Below are positions 48,711-58,706 of a stretch of DNA of 64,000 nt, piece by piece (the stretch's first letter is position 1; each line of letters starts with the position of its first letter). The stretch is from contig AP026679.1 in the NCBI GenBank assembly GCA_025999155.1, positions 514,135 through 578,134 of the forward strand, given 5' to 3'. Under the pieces are notes generated by a model. It did no database searches and had not been told where the DNA came from. It saw only the letters and a program-made list of their open reading frames with translations. This stretch comes from Candidatus Dojkabacteria bacterium (GTDB lineage Bacteria > Patescibacteriota > Dojkabacteria > JAOAGR01). The translations under genes were made by a program, and so were the position numbers.

Positions 48711-50612
48711 ATGAAAAAGAAATCACATCAGAAAAAGAATGATAGTAAATTTAAACCATTGCAGGTTCGGGGCATAGGTCGTGTCAGTAATAACAGACCT
48801 TGGTACAAGAGTCCTATTCTATGGATTTTTGTAATAACTATACTTTCTGCATTTATATTTCGTTTTTTTGTATTTCAAAATACTCAGCAGGTCGATTATG
48901 CAACATTAATTAAGACCATTAAAAGTCAAGAATATCAAAAAGTACAAATTCAGGGTCAGATCGTCCAGATTTTCCCTAAAAATCAGGAAGATAAAGTGAT
49001 CGTAGGTACTATTGCGGATCCTAATTCTTTCCGTGAAGATTTGCGTCTTGTGAATGTCGATCCTGAGACTGCAAATATTTATTTTTTACAAGAATCGAAT
49101 ATCGACATTTTTACCATAATAAGTGTTGTGTTGTTTGCCTTGTTTATAGGTCTTTTCGGGTATAGTTTAATTTCAGCCCGTAATATTGCTTCTTCCGGTC
49201 CTATAATGGGATTTGGGGACACAAGAGCAAAATTATTTGTAGGAGAAAAACAAGATATTAAATTTGATCAAGTCAAAGGTATAGATGAGGCAGTTGAAGA
49301 AGTAAAAGAAATCGTTAACTTTCTTCAAAATCCTGAAAAATACATCAAGATTGGAGCTCGTATACCAAAAGGAGTGTTATTAGTAGGGGCACCTGGTACA
49401 GGAAAGACTTTATTAGCACGTGCAATTGCTGGAGAAGCTGGTGTCCCTTTCTTTTTTACGTCAGGTTCTGAGTTTGAGGAGATGCTGGTAGGTACTGGCG
49501 CATCTAGGGTGCGTGATCTGTTTAACAAAGCAAAAGATGCCGCACCTGCAATTATTTTTATCGATGAAATTGATTCAATAGCTCGTAAGCGAGGAACTGT
49601 AATTTATTCTGGTAATACTGAACAAACTCTAAATCAGATCCTTGTTGAAATGGATGGTTTTGATAAGAACACGAATGTAATCGTAATAGCTGCGACTAAT
49701 CGACCTGATGTGCTTGATCCTGCGATATTGAGGCCTGGTAGGTTTGATCGAAGGGTTGTGTTGGATTTACCTGATATTAAGGGTAGAGAAGAGATATTAA
49801 AAGTTCATGCTGCTAATAAACCTTTGGCTACGGATATCGATTTGCATATTGTCGCAAAACGAACAATTGGTTTTAGTGGCGCAGATTTAGAAAATATGTT
49901 GAATGAGGCAGCTATTATAGCAGTTAAAGAAGGCCGAGAAGAAATCACATATACGGATATTGAAGAGGCAGCAATAAAAGTGACAGTTGGTCCTGCGAAA
50001 AAAAGAGCAAAATCAGAGAAAATGAAAAAGCTTACTGCATACCATGAAGCTGGTCATGCAATTGCTGGTTATTTTATGGAGGAAGCAGACAGAGTGCACC
50101 GTATTTCTATCGTCTCGCGAGGATATACAGGAGGTGTGACAATGTATTTACCTAATGAAGATGTTGAAGAATTAAAGACAGAGAAAAAGTTTTTTGCAGA
50201 GCTTGTTGTACTTTATGGTGGTAGAACAGCGGAAAAGTTGGTTTTCGGCGATGTATCAACGGGGGCAAGTTCGGATATTCAAAGAGCCACTAAAATTGCC
50301 CGAGACATGGTTAAAAAGTACGGAATGTCTACTTTGGGTTACATTGATTTTGATGATACTGAAGACTCTTATGTTGGTCGTCATGTTTATTCGGATAGAA
50401 CTGCAGAACAAATTGACCAGGAAGTTAGAAATATACTTACTCAAGCTCAGGAAAGGTGTGAGAATATATTAACAGCGCATCGTGATAGTTTAGACATGAT
50501 AGCTGGGATTTTGATAGAAAAAGAAGTTATCGAAGGAGATGAATTCTATCAACTGATGGAAGGAAATGCACGGAATAAAGGGGATAATGAAGAAGATAAT
50601 AAAGATAAATAG
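48711..50612 (+). CDS. ftsH: ATP-dependent zinc metalloprotease FtsH
   Basis: N-terminal TM, periplasmic region, second TM. AAA Walker [29 protein letters not shown], Walker [12 protein letters not shown], and the zinc site HEAGHA. Confidence 0.9.
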   Translation: MKKKSHQKKNDSKFKPLQVRGIGRVSNNRPWYKSPILWIFVITILSAFIFRFFVFQNTQQVDYATLIKTIKSQEYQKVQIQGQIVQIFPKNQEDKVIVGTIADPNSFREDLRLVNVDPETANIYFLQESNIDIFTIISVVLFALFIGLFGYSLISARNIASSGPIMGFGDTRAKLFVGEKQDIKFDQVKGIDEAVEEVKEIVNFLQNPEKYIKIGARIPKGVLLVGAPGTGKTLLARAIAGEAGVPFFFTSGSEFEEMLVGTGASRVRDLFNKAKDAAPAIIFIDEIDSIARKRGTVIYSGNTEQTLNQILVEMDGFDKNTNVIVIAATNRPDVLDPAILRPGRFDRRVVLDLPDIKGREEILKVHAANKPLATDIDLHIVAKRTIGFSGADLENMLNEAAIIAVKEGREEITYTDIEEAAIKVTVGPAKKRAKSEKMKKLTAYHEAGHAIAGYFMEEADRVHRISIVSRGYTGGVTMYLPNEDVEELKTEKKFFAELVVLYGGRTAEKLVFGDVSTGASSDIQRATKIARDMVKKYGMSTLGYIDFDDTEDSYVGRHVYSDRTAEQIDQEVRNILTQAQERCENILTAHRDSLDMIAGILIEKEVIEGDEFYQLMEGNARNKGDNEEDNKDK

Positions 50613-50659
50613 AATTAATAAAGGATATAAATAGTGCAAGTTTAATTTTTAGTTTTTTA

Positions 50660-50920
50660 ATGTTTAAAGTATGCACAATGGGTAACGAGAATTGGATTAT
50701 AGAAGTTAAAGCTATTTTACTAATATTAGCTATATGTTCGCTTTTTTATATTTTTCTATTTACGCTTGTACATTTGACCTCAAGCCCTGAGAAAAGACCA
50801 CCTTACTTGTTTTGGGATGATAGAAGACAGGGTTATACTAAAGATATTCTGGAGGACAGATATTGGGAAATACGTGAACAAAAAGAAAAGGAAAATATTT
50901 ACCAGGGACAAAATGAATAG
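50660..50920 (+). CDS. Possible small single-TM protein
   Basis: An 86-aa ORF downstream of ftsH with one hydrophobic helix (ILLILAICSLFYIFLFTLV). No homology recognised. Confidence 0.3.
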   Translation: MFKVCTMGNENWIIEVKAILLILAICSLFYIFLFTLVHLTSSPEKRPPYLFWDDRRQGYTKDILEDRYWEIREQKEKENIYQGQNE

Positions 50921-51004
50921 TGAATATTTTTTCGTCAAATTAATTCTTATACTAATTAGCTTCAGTTTGGAAAATACTGCCACATAATTTTAGAATGTAG
51001 TGTT

Positions 51005-52366
51005 TTATACTGTTTTGTGCTTACTTATTCTTTGTCCTGCAATTCGATCTAGATCACTTGGGAATAAAACAGCTTCTCTGATGTTTTTAAGCCGAAATAT
51101 TTGTTGTGTCATTCGCTCTAAACCAAATGAAAACCCTGCTTCATAAGGTATACCGTACTTAAATGCTTCTAAATAGTGTTCATAATACTCAAGAGTTAAC
51201 CCTTGATTCTTCATATTTTCCACTAATTTATTGTAATCATGAATACGATGAGTACCAGATAACCATTCAAGACCTCTGCATACTAGATCGAAGCTGAGAG
51301 ATTCATCTGGATCCTCCGGGTTATTACGAGTGTAAAAATTTTTGTCTTTCTTAAAATTTAATATCCATAAAAAATCAGATCCATATTCCTCTAAAGCCCA
51401 CTCAGCAATCAACCTTTCATCTTGCGGGTCAAGATCTAACTCTGGCCTTTGAGCTGATTTTCCGGCCTTTTTTTCAATTATTTGTAACGCCTCTTTGACT
51501 TTGACTTTCGGGAATCTAGATGCTGGAAGTTGAGGCAAAGTAGTGTTCCACAATTGTAATTCCTTGCTATAGTTATTATCTAAGTGATTAAAAATTTTTC
51601 TGACTACACGTTCGATAATTTCTAGACATTCATCATAGTCTTCTATAAAACCTACTTCTCCGTCCATCTGCGTAATTTCCATCAAATGACGAGTAGTGTT
51701 ATGTTTTTCAGCTCGAAAAACTGGCGTTATGGTGAAAACCCTTTCGAAAACTCCCACCATTATTTGCTTATATACTTGCGGACTTTGAGCTAGATATGCT
51801 TTATGATCATAATACTTGACTTCAAAGACCGAAGCTCCACTTTCAGATGGGGCTCCCATAAGTACAGGTGATCTAAATTCTATGAAGCCTTCTTCAATCA
51901 TTGCATTTCTGAAAGCTGTCAGTATTCCAGCTTGTACCTTAAATATAGCCTTTTGTTTTTCATGCCGTAATGTTACTGGGCGGTGATCTATAATAGTATC
52001 TAAATGAGCGTCAAGAGAATCTTTATTTATTTCTACAGGCACTTGATCAAGGACAGGGGATATCACCTCAATCTCTGAAACATGAACTTCTAAACCCTCT
52101 TTATCAGGCTTTTTTATTACATACCCGCGGATGCTAAGAACAGACTCGACTTGTAAATGCTTGATAGAGTCTATTTGCTGTGCATTTAGTACACATTGTA
52201 CAAATCCAGTACTATCACGCAATAGCAAAAATCCTAATTTACCTAGGATACGAAGCCTATGCATCCACCCAGCAACTAGTACATATTGATCGATATGTTT
52301 ATTTAAGTCCTTAATTAGAGTTCTTTCACGCATAGTATATACATCCCACAATTGTACAATGAACAT
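51005..52366 (-). CDS. aspS: Aspartate--tRNA ligase, compact archaeal/eukaryal-type (possibly non-discriminating)
   Basis: 453 aa with an N-terminal OB domain. Motif 2 reads FRAEKHNTTRHLMEITQMDGE. Motif 3 reads LSGTHRIHDYN...FGLERM. GS.RIH is the AspRS signature rather than the AsnRS one. An alternative start lies at the Met at 52331-52333. Confidence 0.75.
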   Translation of the reverse strand: MFIVQLWDVYTMRERTLIKDLNKHIDQYVLVAGWMHRLRILGKLGFLLLRDSTGFVQCVLNAQQIDSIKHLQVESVLSIRGYVIKKPDKEGLEVHVSEIEVISPVLDQVPVEINKDSLDAHLDTIIDHRPVTLRHEKQKAIFKVQAGILTAFRNAMIEEGFIEFRSPVLMGAPSESGASVFEVKYYDHKAYLAQSPQVYKQIMVGVFERVFTITPVFRAEKHNTTRHLMEITQMDGEVGFIEDYDECLEIIERVVRKIFNHLDNNYSKELQLWNTTLPQLPASRFPKVKVKEALQIIEKKAGKSAQRPELDLDPQDERLIAEWALEEYGSDFLWILNFKKDKNFYTRNNPEDPDESLSFDLVCRGLEWLSGTHRIHDYNKLVENMKNQGLTLEYYEHYLEAFKYGIPYEAGFSFGLERMTQQIFRLKNIREAVLFPSDLDRIAGQRISKHKTV

Positions 52367-52385
52367 TCATCCAGCGCTGTATAAT

Positions 52386-52826
52386 TTATTGGCTAGGTAT
52401 AGCTTGTTGATAACCAATCATTGCTCCATATACACTATTAACAATCGTTAACAACAACCCAATTACAGATATTATAAGAGCGACGATTGCGATTGTACGT
52501 TTAGTTTGAGATCGCATTCCGAAGATAGAGCATGCGATTCCAGCAACAGCTGTTGGACATCCACATAAAGGAATAAGCCATGCCACTAAGGAAAATATAG
52601 ATGCTATCAACCCGCCTATAGCTAATCGATCATATGTTAAAGAGTCGGATTGAACAGATTGGTACATTTGTGTACTGTTTACTACAGTTTGTTGCAGCGT
52701 AGGCGTCGTCGTGGCATTGTAATTTGGTGAATATCCGTTATATGCTTGATTTGGGTTTTGTGTCGGTATCTGAGTACCTTGTATTGACCCTGGTTGTGGA
52801 TTGTTTTGTTGTTGGCTTGGTTCCAT
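52386..52826 (-). CDS. DUF4190-like small membrane protein (Q/N/P-rich N-terminus, two C-terminal TM helices)
   Basis: 146 aa. MEPSQQQNNPQPGSIQGTQIPTQNPN... is followed by LAIGGLIASIFSLVAWLIPLCGCPTAVAGIACSIFGMRS and a second TM. Confidence 0.5.
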   Translation of the reverse strand: MEPSQQQNNPQPGSIQGTQIPTQNPNQAYNGYSPNYNATTTPTLQQTVVNSTQMYQSVQSDSLTYDRLAIGGLIASIFSLVAWLIPLCGCPTAVAGIACSIFGMRSQTKRTIAIVALIISVIGLLLTIVNSVYGAMIGYQQAIPSQ

Positions 52827-53115
52827 GTTCTTTGTTTAAGTTAATTAAAAATCCTGCATAGTCTAACATACTAATGGTTATTTGCAATATATTTGTGTAA
52901 AAGATGTATAAATAATTCTGTATTTATTTGTTCTAAAGCATCTTGTAGTTATTTTAGATTACTTAATAGGTGATCAATACAATTGTCATTGAATTTTGAG
53001 GTAGATATGATCCAACCGGTAGGCATGAATGTAGAATAAAGTTTATGCAACAACGAAAACCTACAAATATATTTGATTTAATGTCATGATATTTTGTTTC
53101 TTTTACGTCCTTTCA

Positions 53116-53288
53116 ATCTCTGAAACTTGGACCTCTAAACCGTGTTTATTAGGACTTTTATTACACACCCACGGATGCTAAGAACAGACTCGACTTGCAA
53201 ATGCTTGATAGAGTCTATTTGTTGTGCATTAGTACACATTGTACAAATCCAGTACTATCACGCAATAGCAAAAAGCCTAGGCATCGAC
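53116..53288 (-). pseudogene. Truncated duplicate of the aspS 5' region (about 90% identical to 52071-52268)
   Basis: Direct alignment by eye: atctctgaaacttggacctctaaacc...ggatgctaagaacagactcgacttgcaaatgcttgatagagtctatttgttgtgcatt agtacacattgtacaaatccagtactatcacgcaatagcaaaaagcctag versus the aspS copy. No intact ORF. Confidence 0.6.
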
Positions 53289-53524
53289 TCTACAATAATG
53301 ACTTCTCGATATACATGATGATTCAATAATTAGTTAAAACTAAAATTACACAACCTGAAAGCACGTTTGTGTAGTAAATGTGTTATCTAACATAAATGAG
53401 TCAATCCAAAACATGATCTTTATCTGCTTTGTACATGCTGCTGGTACATCTCTTCTAGCACAAGTGTATTAGCGAGTGAGTGAAAAATATGCTTCAAACA
53501 GATATTAATAAAAGTACTATGGTA

Positions 53525-53885
53525 GACAGCATAATACCAATAATCGCCAGTATGCGTTTTGAATGAGATCACATTCCGAAAATACAGCTCACGAGTGCAC
53601 CAATTGGTATTGGAGATCTTAGTATGGGATGAAACAACTACGTTACTAATGCCACCATAGCGGCGTTTAAGCCTCCGACAACCAATTTATCATACATGGA
53701 AGAATTCGAAGGATCAGATGAGAATTCGGGGTCCATAGGGTCATTATTGTCCGTTAAAATGCATTGTTGTAGCATGTGCTGTGTGGGCATTGTCGTAGCG
53801 TTCGGAGTTAATCGAGATTTACAGGTTTGGTTCGTCTTGCATTGGCCTTCGATTGTTTTGTTCTGTTGTTTGCATATTTCCTTGC
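53525..53885 (-). pseudogene. Decayed paralog/duplicate of the DUF4190-like gene (about 60-65% identical to 52450-52830)
   Basis: Recognisable colinear similarity (gagatcacattccgaaaatacagctc.. versus gagatcgcattccgaagatagagcat.., and so on). It sits at the same offset (about 1.05-1.08 kb) as the aspS fragment and has no ORF of 60 aa or more on the minus strand. Confidence 0.45.
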
Positions 53886-54080
53886 TAAAATCAATACAAA
53901 TCCATTAAGTTAGCATAATACTGATTGTTTGTAATATATGCTGTCCTCAGTCCTGCGCATTATTCAAACTATATTCGAGCTTGTGTGCTGGTAGTGTAAA
54001 TAATAGTATATTAATTCGGGATTGAGGCTTATTTTTGTTTTTTTTTTGATATTTTTGGATATATTTGATATAATAAGTGC

Positions 54081-55727
54081 ATGAAGCAAACAAAATTTAC
54101 AAATACCTTCAAGTTAATGTCTTTATATTCTGTGTTTCTTGCGTCCTTTGTGATGCTTATATATTTCGTTGCTGCTCGGTTTGTAACAAACGCATCGTCT
54201 AGCAATTACTCTATAAGATTTAATGGTACTGCTTCTTCATATGTCAGTATACCTTTAGATAACGCTCCGTCTTTAAATGTGGGTGCTGGCGATTTTACTA
54301 TAGAGTGGTGGATGCAACCTGTATCAGTGTCTACTAGTACATCATGTAGTAGTGTAGCAGATGCTTTTACTCAGGGGCATCTTATATTTGATAGGGATAT
54401 CTTTGGACCTGGAGACTACGGTGATTTTGGAATTTCTTTGATGGCAGACCGTCGGTTAGCTTTTAGCGCACATAATGGCACTAGTGGGATTACAGCATGT
54501 TCATCAGTATTGAATCTTAATCAGTGGTATTACATAGCAGCAGTGCGTTCGGGAAATCAGATCCGCATCTATGTAAATGGTACATTAGATGACACTCGTA
54601 CTATATCAGGAGATTTAAGTTACAGGACTGGTAGATCTACTAGCTACTCGGCTGATCCTTTGATAGTCTTAGGGGCAGAGAAGCACACGGCTGTAGGAGG
54701 AGAAACATTCACCGCATACCACTATAACGGTTATTTAGATGAGTTACGCCTATCAAATATAGCTCGTACAATATCTGGGTCTCCCACAACTCCTTTCGTT
54801 GTGGATGGTAATACTGTAGCTCTTTTCCGATTTGAAAATAATGTAAATAGTGAACTTGGCTCAATTCCTGGTTTGACTTCGTCATCCGTGACATATTCTA
54901 CCGATGTGCCACCTTTTGATACAACTCCAACCCCAAGTGATACTCCGACTCCAAGCGATACGCCAACTCCAAGTGATACGCCAACCCCAAGCGATACGCC
55001 AACCCCAAGCGATACGCCAACTCCAAGTGATACGCCAACCCCAAGCGATACGCCAACTCCAAGTGATACGCCAACCCCAAGTGATACCCCAACTCCAAGT
55101 GGCACTCCAACCCCAAGTGATACCCCAACTCCAAGTGGTACTCCAACCCCAAGTGATACCCCAACTCCAAGTGGCACTCCAACCCCAAGTGATACCCCAA
55201 CTCCAAGTGGCACTCCAACCCCAAGTGATACCCCAACTCCAAGTGGCACTCCAACCCCAAGTGATACCCCAACTCCAAGTGGTACACCAACTCCAACCCG
55301 CACTCCGACTCACACAAACACACCGATAGCTACAATACCTGCCACCTCACCTACACAGGCCCCGACATATGTATGGAGACAGGATGATACTCCGATTTAT
55401 TATTCCGATAACAATTCTAGTGTAATTTATTATTCCGATAACAATTCTAGTGTAACGTCTACTGTCTCTCCGACACATTCTTCTCAAACTCAAACCCCTA
55501 CTGTTCCATCAGATCCTAATAGAGAAGATAAGTTAAGCGTTAGAGATGGTAGAGATGGTGAGGAACCTAATGACGTAGCTTCGCAATCTAACGGAAGCCA
55601 GGAAAACACAGAAAATAACGGTACGATTTCATGGCTTAATCCGACGTTTCTCACTATTGCTTGTGTGGTCGGTCTCTTGATCTTGCTGATAATTTTTATC
55701 ATATACTACAGGAGATCAAGAGATTAG
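54081..55727 (+). CDS. Cell-surface protein: N-terminal signal/TM, LamG (concanavalin A-like lectin, Laminin_G_3) domain, (TPTPSD/G)n linker, C-terminal TM anchor
   Basis: The LamG_3 signature reads [57 protein letters not shown]. There are 21 tandem TPTPS[DG] hexapeptides. The C-terminus is [26 protein letters not shown]. Confidence 0.7.
   Translation: MKQTKFTNTFKLMSLYSVFLASFVMLIYFVAARFVTNASSSNYSIRFNGTASSYVSIPLDNAPSLNVGAGDFTIEWWMQPVSVSTSTSCSSVADAFTQGHLIFDRDIFGPGDYGDFGISLMADRRLAFSAHNGTSGITACSSVLNLNQWYYIAAVRSGNQIRIYVNGTLDDTRTISGDLSYRTGRSTSYSADPLIVLGAEKHTAVGGETFTAYHYNGYLDELRLSNIARTISGSPTTPFVVDGNTVALFRFENNVNSELGSIPGLTSSSVTYSTDVPPFDTTPTPSDTPTPSDTPTPSDTPTPSDTPTPSDTPTPSDTPTPSDTPTPSDTPTPSDTPTPSGTPTPSDTPTPSGTPTPSDTPTPSGTPTPSDTPTPSGTPTPSDTPTPSGTPTPSDTPTPSGTPTPTRTPTHTNTPIATIPATSPTQAPTYVWRQDDTPIYYSDNNSSVIYYSDNNSSVTSTVSPTHSSQTQTPTVPSDPNREDKLSVRDGRDGEEPNDVASQSNGSQENTENNGTISWLNPTFLTIACVVGLLILLIIFIIYYRRSRD
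54922..55300. repeat. Coding tandem repeat, 18-bp unit x ~21 (ACNCCAACYCCAAGYGRY encoding TPTPSD / TPTPSG), with a 36-bp higher-order unit in the distal half
   Basis: The proximal copies are acgccaac(c/t)ccaag(c/t)gat (TPTPSD). The distal copies alternate accccaactccaagtggcact / ccaaccccaagtgat ([12 protein letters not shown]). Confidence 0.9.
55396..55455. repeat. Perfect 30-bp tandem duplication (tttattattccgataacaattctagtgtaa x2) inside the same gene, encoding [10 protein letters not shown] twice
   Basis: Two identical adjacent 30-mers on the plus strand. Confidence 0.85.
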
Positions 55728-57299
55728 TTGGCTATTAGTTTTTATATAACGTAGCAGTTTTAATCTGATGTTATCATATGAAGGTCAAGGTCTGCATGTC
55801 TGTTACTACGCGGGTTGTTACAATTCTCCATAAAAGTCTATTAATGCAGGGTTAGCTTTAATCGGCATGTGAACAAGGTTAGAAAAATCAGAAAACATAT
55901 CAAAGTGATAATAAGACTTATTCAGAAAAAACATTGAAAGCACTTAAATTTGCTTGTACAAAGTCTAATGTTAGTAAAGGATAACTATGCTGCATTTAAA
56001 TTTGTTTGTATATAAAGACTTCTATACGGGCGAAAATGCCTTGAGGATGTGATGGGTGTATTAATCGTGGTGTGAGAAATATTTATAGTCCGTGCAGTAC
56101 TAATAAAGCGGCCTTTCAATAAAGCAGGCGTTGAATCCGTGAGCCGGATTGATATACGTCTATACGAAATGGGTTATCCTAAGATGCTGTTCGGTGAGTT
56201 TTTCTATGAATTTGCAAGGATGTGGTCATAGGTGTTTACTTCCCACGTGATAAAAAGTAGTTTACGGTCCATAGTTCATCTCGTATAAATATTGATATTT
56301 GGGGTCATGTCACTGTCGTAGGAGTAGTCATAAAATAGACGTCTATATCAATGGAGTGACGTATTATTTGGGATAATCGAATGTCCTCTACACTATAATC
56401 GTAAAGGATACTTGTGTATATATATTTAACCGTTCGTACGTTGGTTCTGTGATAGACAATAATAGTTATTCAGATATCGGTATTAGAGAAAAAGTTTATA
56501 AAATAACCCATTACTGTCACTAGGGAAAAGCAAAAGAGTTTTAATTATGATTAGATTCAAAATTTCGCGGGTAGCTCGAGTCTTTGTTCAGATGATCTAA
56601 AGAATCATCTAAATATCGATGCAGATAAGTCTTCTCTATTCATCCGGACCCTTGTGACTTTCAGTGCTTATCTACAACAACCGATTTGTCGTTGATTTGG
56701 GTCCTACGAACTGGATGCTATTGCAAGTATAATATTGTCCGGATTAAAAACTGGTTGCTGAATGATTCCGTTGAGTTTCCATGTATATTCTATTTCCGTG
56801 CATTACCTCGCACAAATAGGACACCTCATTTTTCATTTTCTAGTCAATTTATTTGAGTTGGACACGTACCAATTAATCTAGTTTGTTTCTATCATGTATA
56901 CAAATCTGCATGGTATAATTGTCGGTGGTCGATCTACATAAATTTGTATGGGTTGAACATGTATCTCCTATAGATAAAGTATGGGTATTATTCTAGGAAT
57001 GGAGCCTTAGTTTGTGAAGTGATGTGGTGTCCAATGCTTTGGAGTTGTTTCACAGACAACAATCATATTTGGTCAGAAACATTTTTCTCTTATTGAATTT
57101 AAAGATTGGGTAGCATTTTTTGTTTTTTGCATGTGTTATACAGATATAAGAATAAATAACATTCTTATACGCCACGACTTTTTAGTACTGATAAGCTGTT
57201 CATTGCGTTATAATAATAATTAAAGAGTTGATTTTTGAATCTATGGAATGTATTACAAAAGGGTAAATATTAAAATTGTATAATCTTTAGTAAGAAGTC

Positions 57300-58412
57300 A
57301 TGTTAAATAGATTGAGAAACTACTTGAGGAGTTTGTTTAGGAATCAATCTACACACATAAATATTGATTCGTCTATATACGATAACCTAGTGCTATTTTT
57401 ACAGGTTAGTATGCATGATTTGATTAAATTTGAGTCAAAACTGTTGTCAAAAGCTTTGGATGACGTGGCAAATGACTTCCAACTAGGATACCAAATTTTG
57501 AATTATAATTTTGATGGTATCAAAAATAATAAGCCAAGCCAAATTATCTTGATTCCTCCAAAATATGAGTTATGGCCGTATTTATTTTTAGCAATTAAGT
57601 TTGTGTCTGTAGGTATAGAAGTCAATTTTCTGTATTTCGGTTGGGCTAAAAATATTATTAAATTATTGGAAAAACATAAAAAGTCAAAGGAATATGAATC
57701 ATTGCGCTTTTTTGATGTGGAAGAATTTACACTTTCCCAAGGGCGTGGAACTTTGACTCTTAATTTTAGCGAGTCTATTAACGGGATTTACGCTAATATC
57801 CCTACTTTCTCCACTGTCGTTGTCAGTAAACATGCGGATATAGATTTTGCCTTAGCCTACATTCTTAATCATGCTTTCAGTTTTGCTGGGCTTAAAAATT
57901 CAAATATAAAGCGAGTGATACTTGATAAAGAGTGTGAGCAAACATTTCTTGATAAACTTTCAAATCGAATTCAATTTGGTATTGATACAAATTTGTCTCA
58001 GATAACCTCTCAAATATTTATCGATAAGATGCAACAAAGTATATTGGAGGCTATTTCGGATGGAGCTGAATTATTTTTTGGGACTCCTGAATTTATTGCA
58101 AAAAGTTATCCTCAGAATTTAATTCTGAATAAAATTACTCCAAATATGTCTATTTTTCAGAAAAAAATATATGGTCCTTTGCTTATGATTCTTGCTACTG
58201 ATTTCGAGATATCACAGCTCGAAATGGTGCTGAAAAAGCAGCCATCAAAAGGTATTATAGTATTTGGTGACGAACAGCAAGTTGGCGCTTTCTTACCAAG
58301 AAATACAGAACTGTATTATGTATACAGATATCCTCATCAGCAATTAAAGCGTCATAATATTATTTTTGAAAATCCTGCATTGGAGTACGTATTCGAATCA
58401 TTAGGCTGGTAG
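57300..58412 (+). CDS. Hypothetical cytoplasmic protein
   Basis: A 370-aa ORF with no confident motif. It has a weak resemblance to the aldehyde-dehydrogenase-like fold around AFSFAGLKNSNIKRVIL but lacks a catalytic Cys. Confidence 0.45.
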   Translation: MLNRLRNYLRSLFRNQSTHINIDSSIYDNLVLFLQVSMHDLIKFESKLLSKALDDVANDFQLGYQILNYNFDGIKNNKPSQIILIPPKYELWPYLFLAIKFVSVGIEVNFLYFGWAKNIIKLLEKHKKSKEYESLRFFDVEEFTLSQGRGTLTLNFSESINGIYANIPTFSTVVVSKHADIDFALAYILNHAFSFAGLKNSNIKRVILDKECEQTFLDKLSNRIQFGIDTNLSQITSQIFIDKMQQSILEAISDGAELFFGTPEFIAKSYPQNLILNKITPNMSIFQKKIYGPLLMILATDFEISQLEMVLKKQPSKGIIVFGDEQQVGAFLPRNTELYYVYRYPHQQLKRHNIIFENPALEYVFESLGW

Positions 58413-58420
58413 AACTGATC

Positions 58421-58687
58421 TTATGCATTAGATACCGGAGGTACTACGATGTATTTTCCCTTCATTTCCTGTAAGTGTATGTCAATATGAGCCTCATCTT
58501 TTCTTAAATCGCTTATGTTAACTTTTTTACGAAGTATGCTACCATTACTTGTGAATTCCGCTCTTTTGATCTTATCAAACATTTTCAGAATCAATAGTAC
58601 ATCTTTGTTAAAGTTTTTGAGATGAGAGACATGTATTTTGAGCATAGATAGAAGTTTTTGAATTTGATTTTTGTCAACTGTGTGCAT
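58421..58687 (-). CDS. Hypothetical small protein
   Basis: An 88-aa ORF 19 nt downstream of, and co-directional with, the 435-aa gene. No motifs. Confidence 0.3.
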   Translation of the reverse strand: MHTVDKNQIQKLLSMLKIHVSHLKNFNKDVLLILKMFDKIKRAEFTSNGSILRKKVNISDLRKDEAHIDIHLQEMKGKYIVVPPVSNA

Positions 58688-58706
58688 AAATCTTAATCTC
58701 GTATAC

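Noticed and set aside
53696-53908. 70-aa plus-strand ORF (MEEFEGSDENSG...)
   Set aside because: It lies antisense to the decayed DUF4190-like duplicate. It is Cys-rich and odd in composition, and most likely spurious.
54922-55300. Regularly spaced short repeats that could superficially suggest a CRISPR array
   Set aside because: The units are contiguous 18-bp repeats with no spacers. They lie inside a long ORF and encode TPTPSD/G. This is a coding tandem repeat, not a CRISPR array.
54731-55329. Multiple long ORFs in other frames and on the opposite strand over the repeat array (GVGVSLGVG..., [12 protein letters not shown]..., [11 protein letters not shown]...)
   Set aside because: They are artefacts of the 18-bp periodic repeat being open in all frames. 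The LamG-linked frame is the coding one.
56141-56170. gagccggattgatatacgtctatacg resembling the 5' half of a group II intron domain V
   Set aside because: It does not form the required 14-bp hairpin with a GNRA-type loop. No IEP/RT ORF or other intron domains are nearby.
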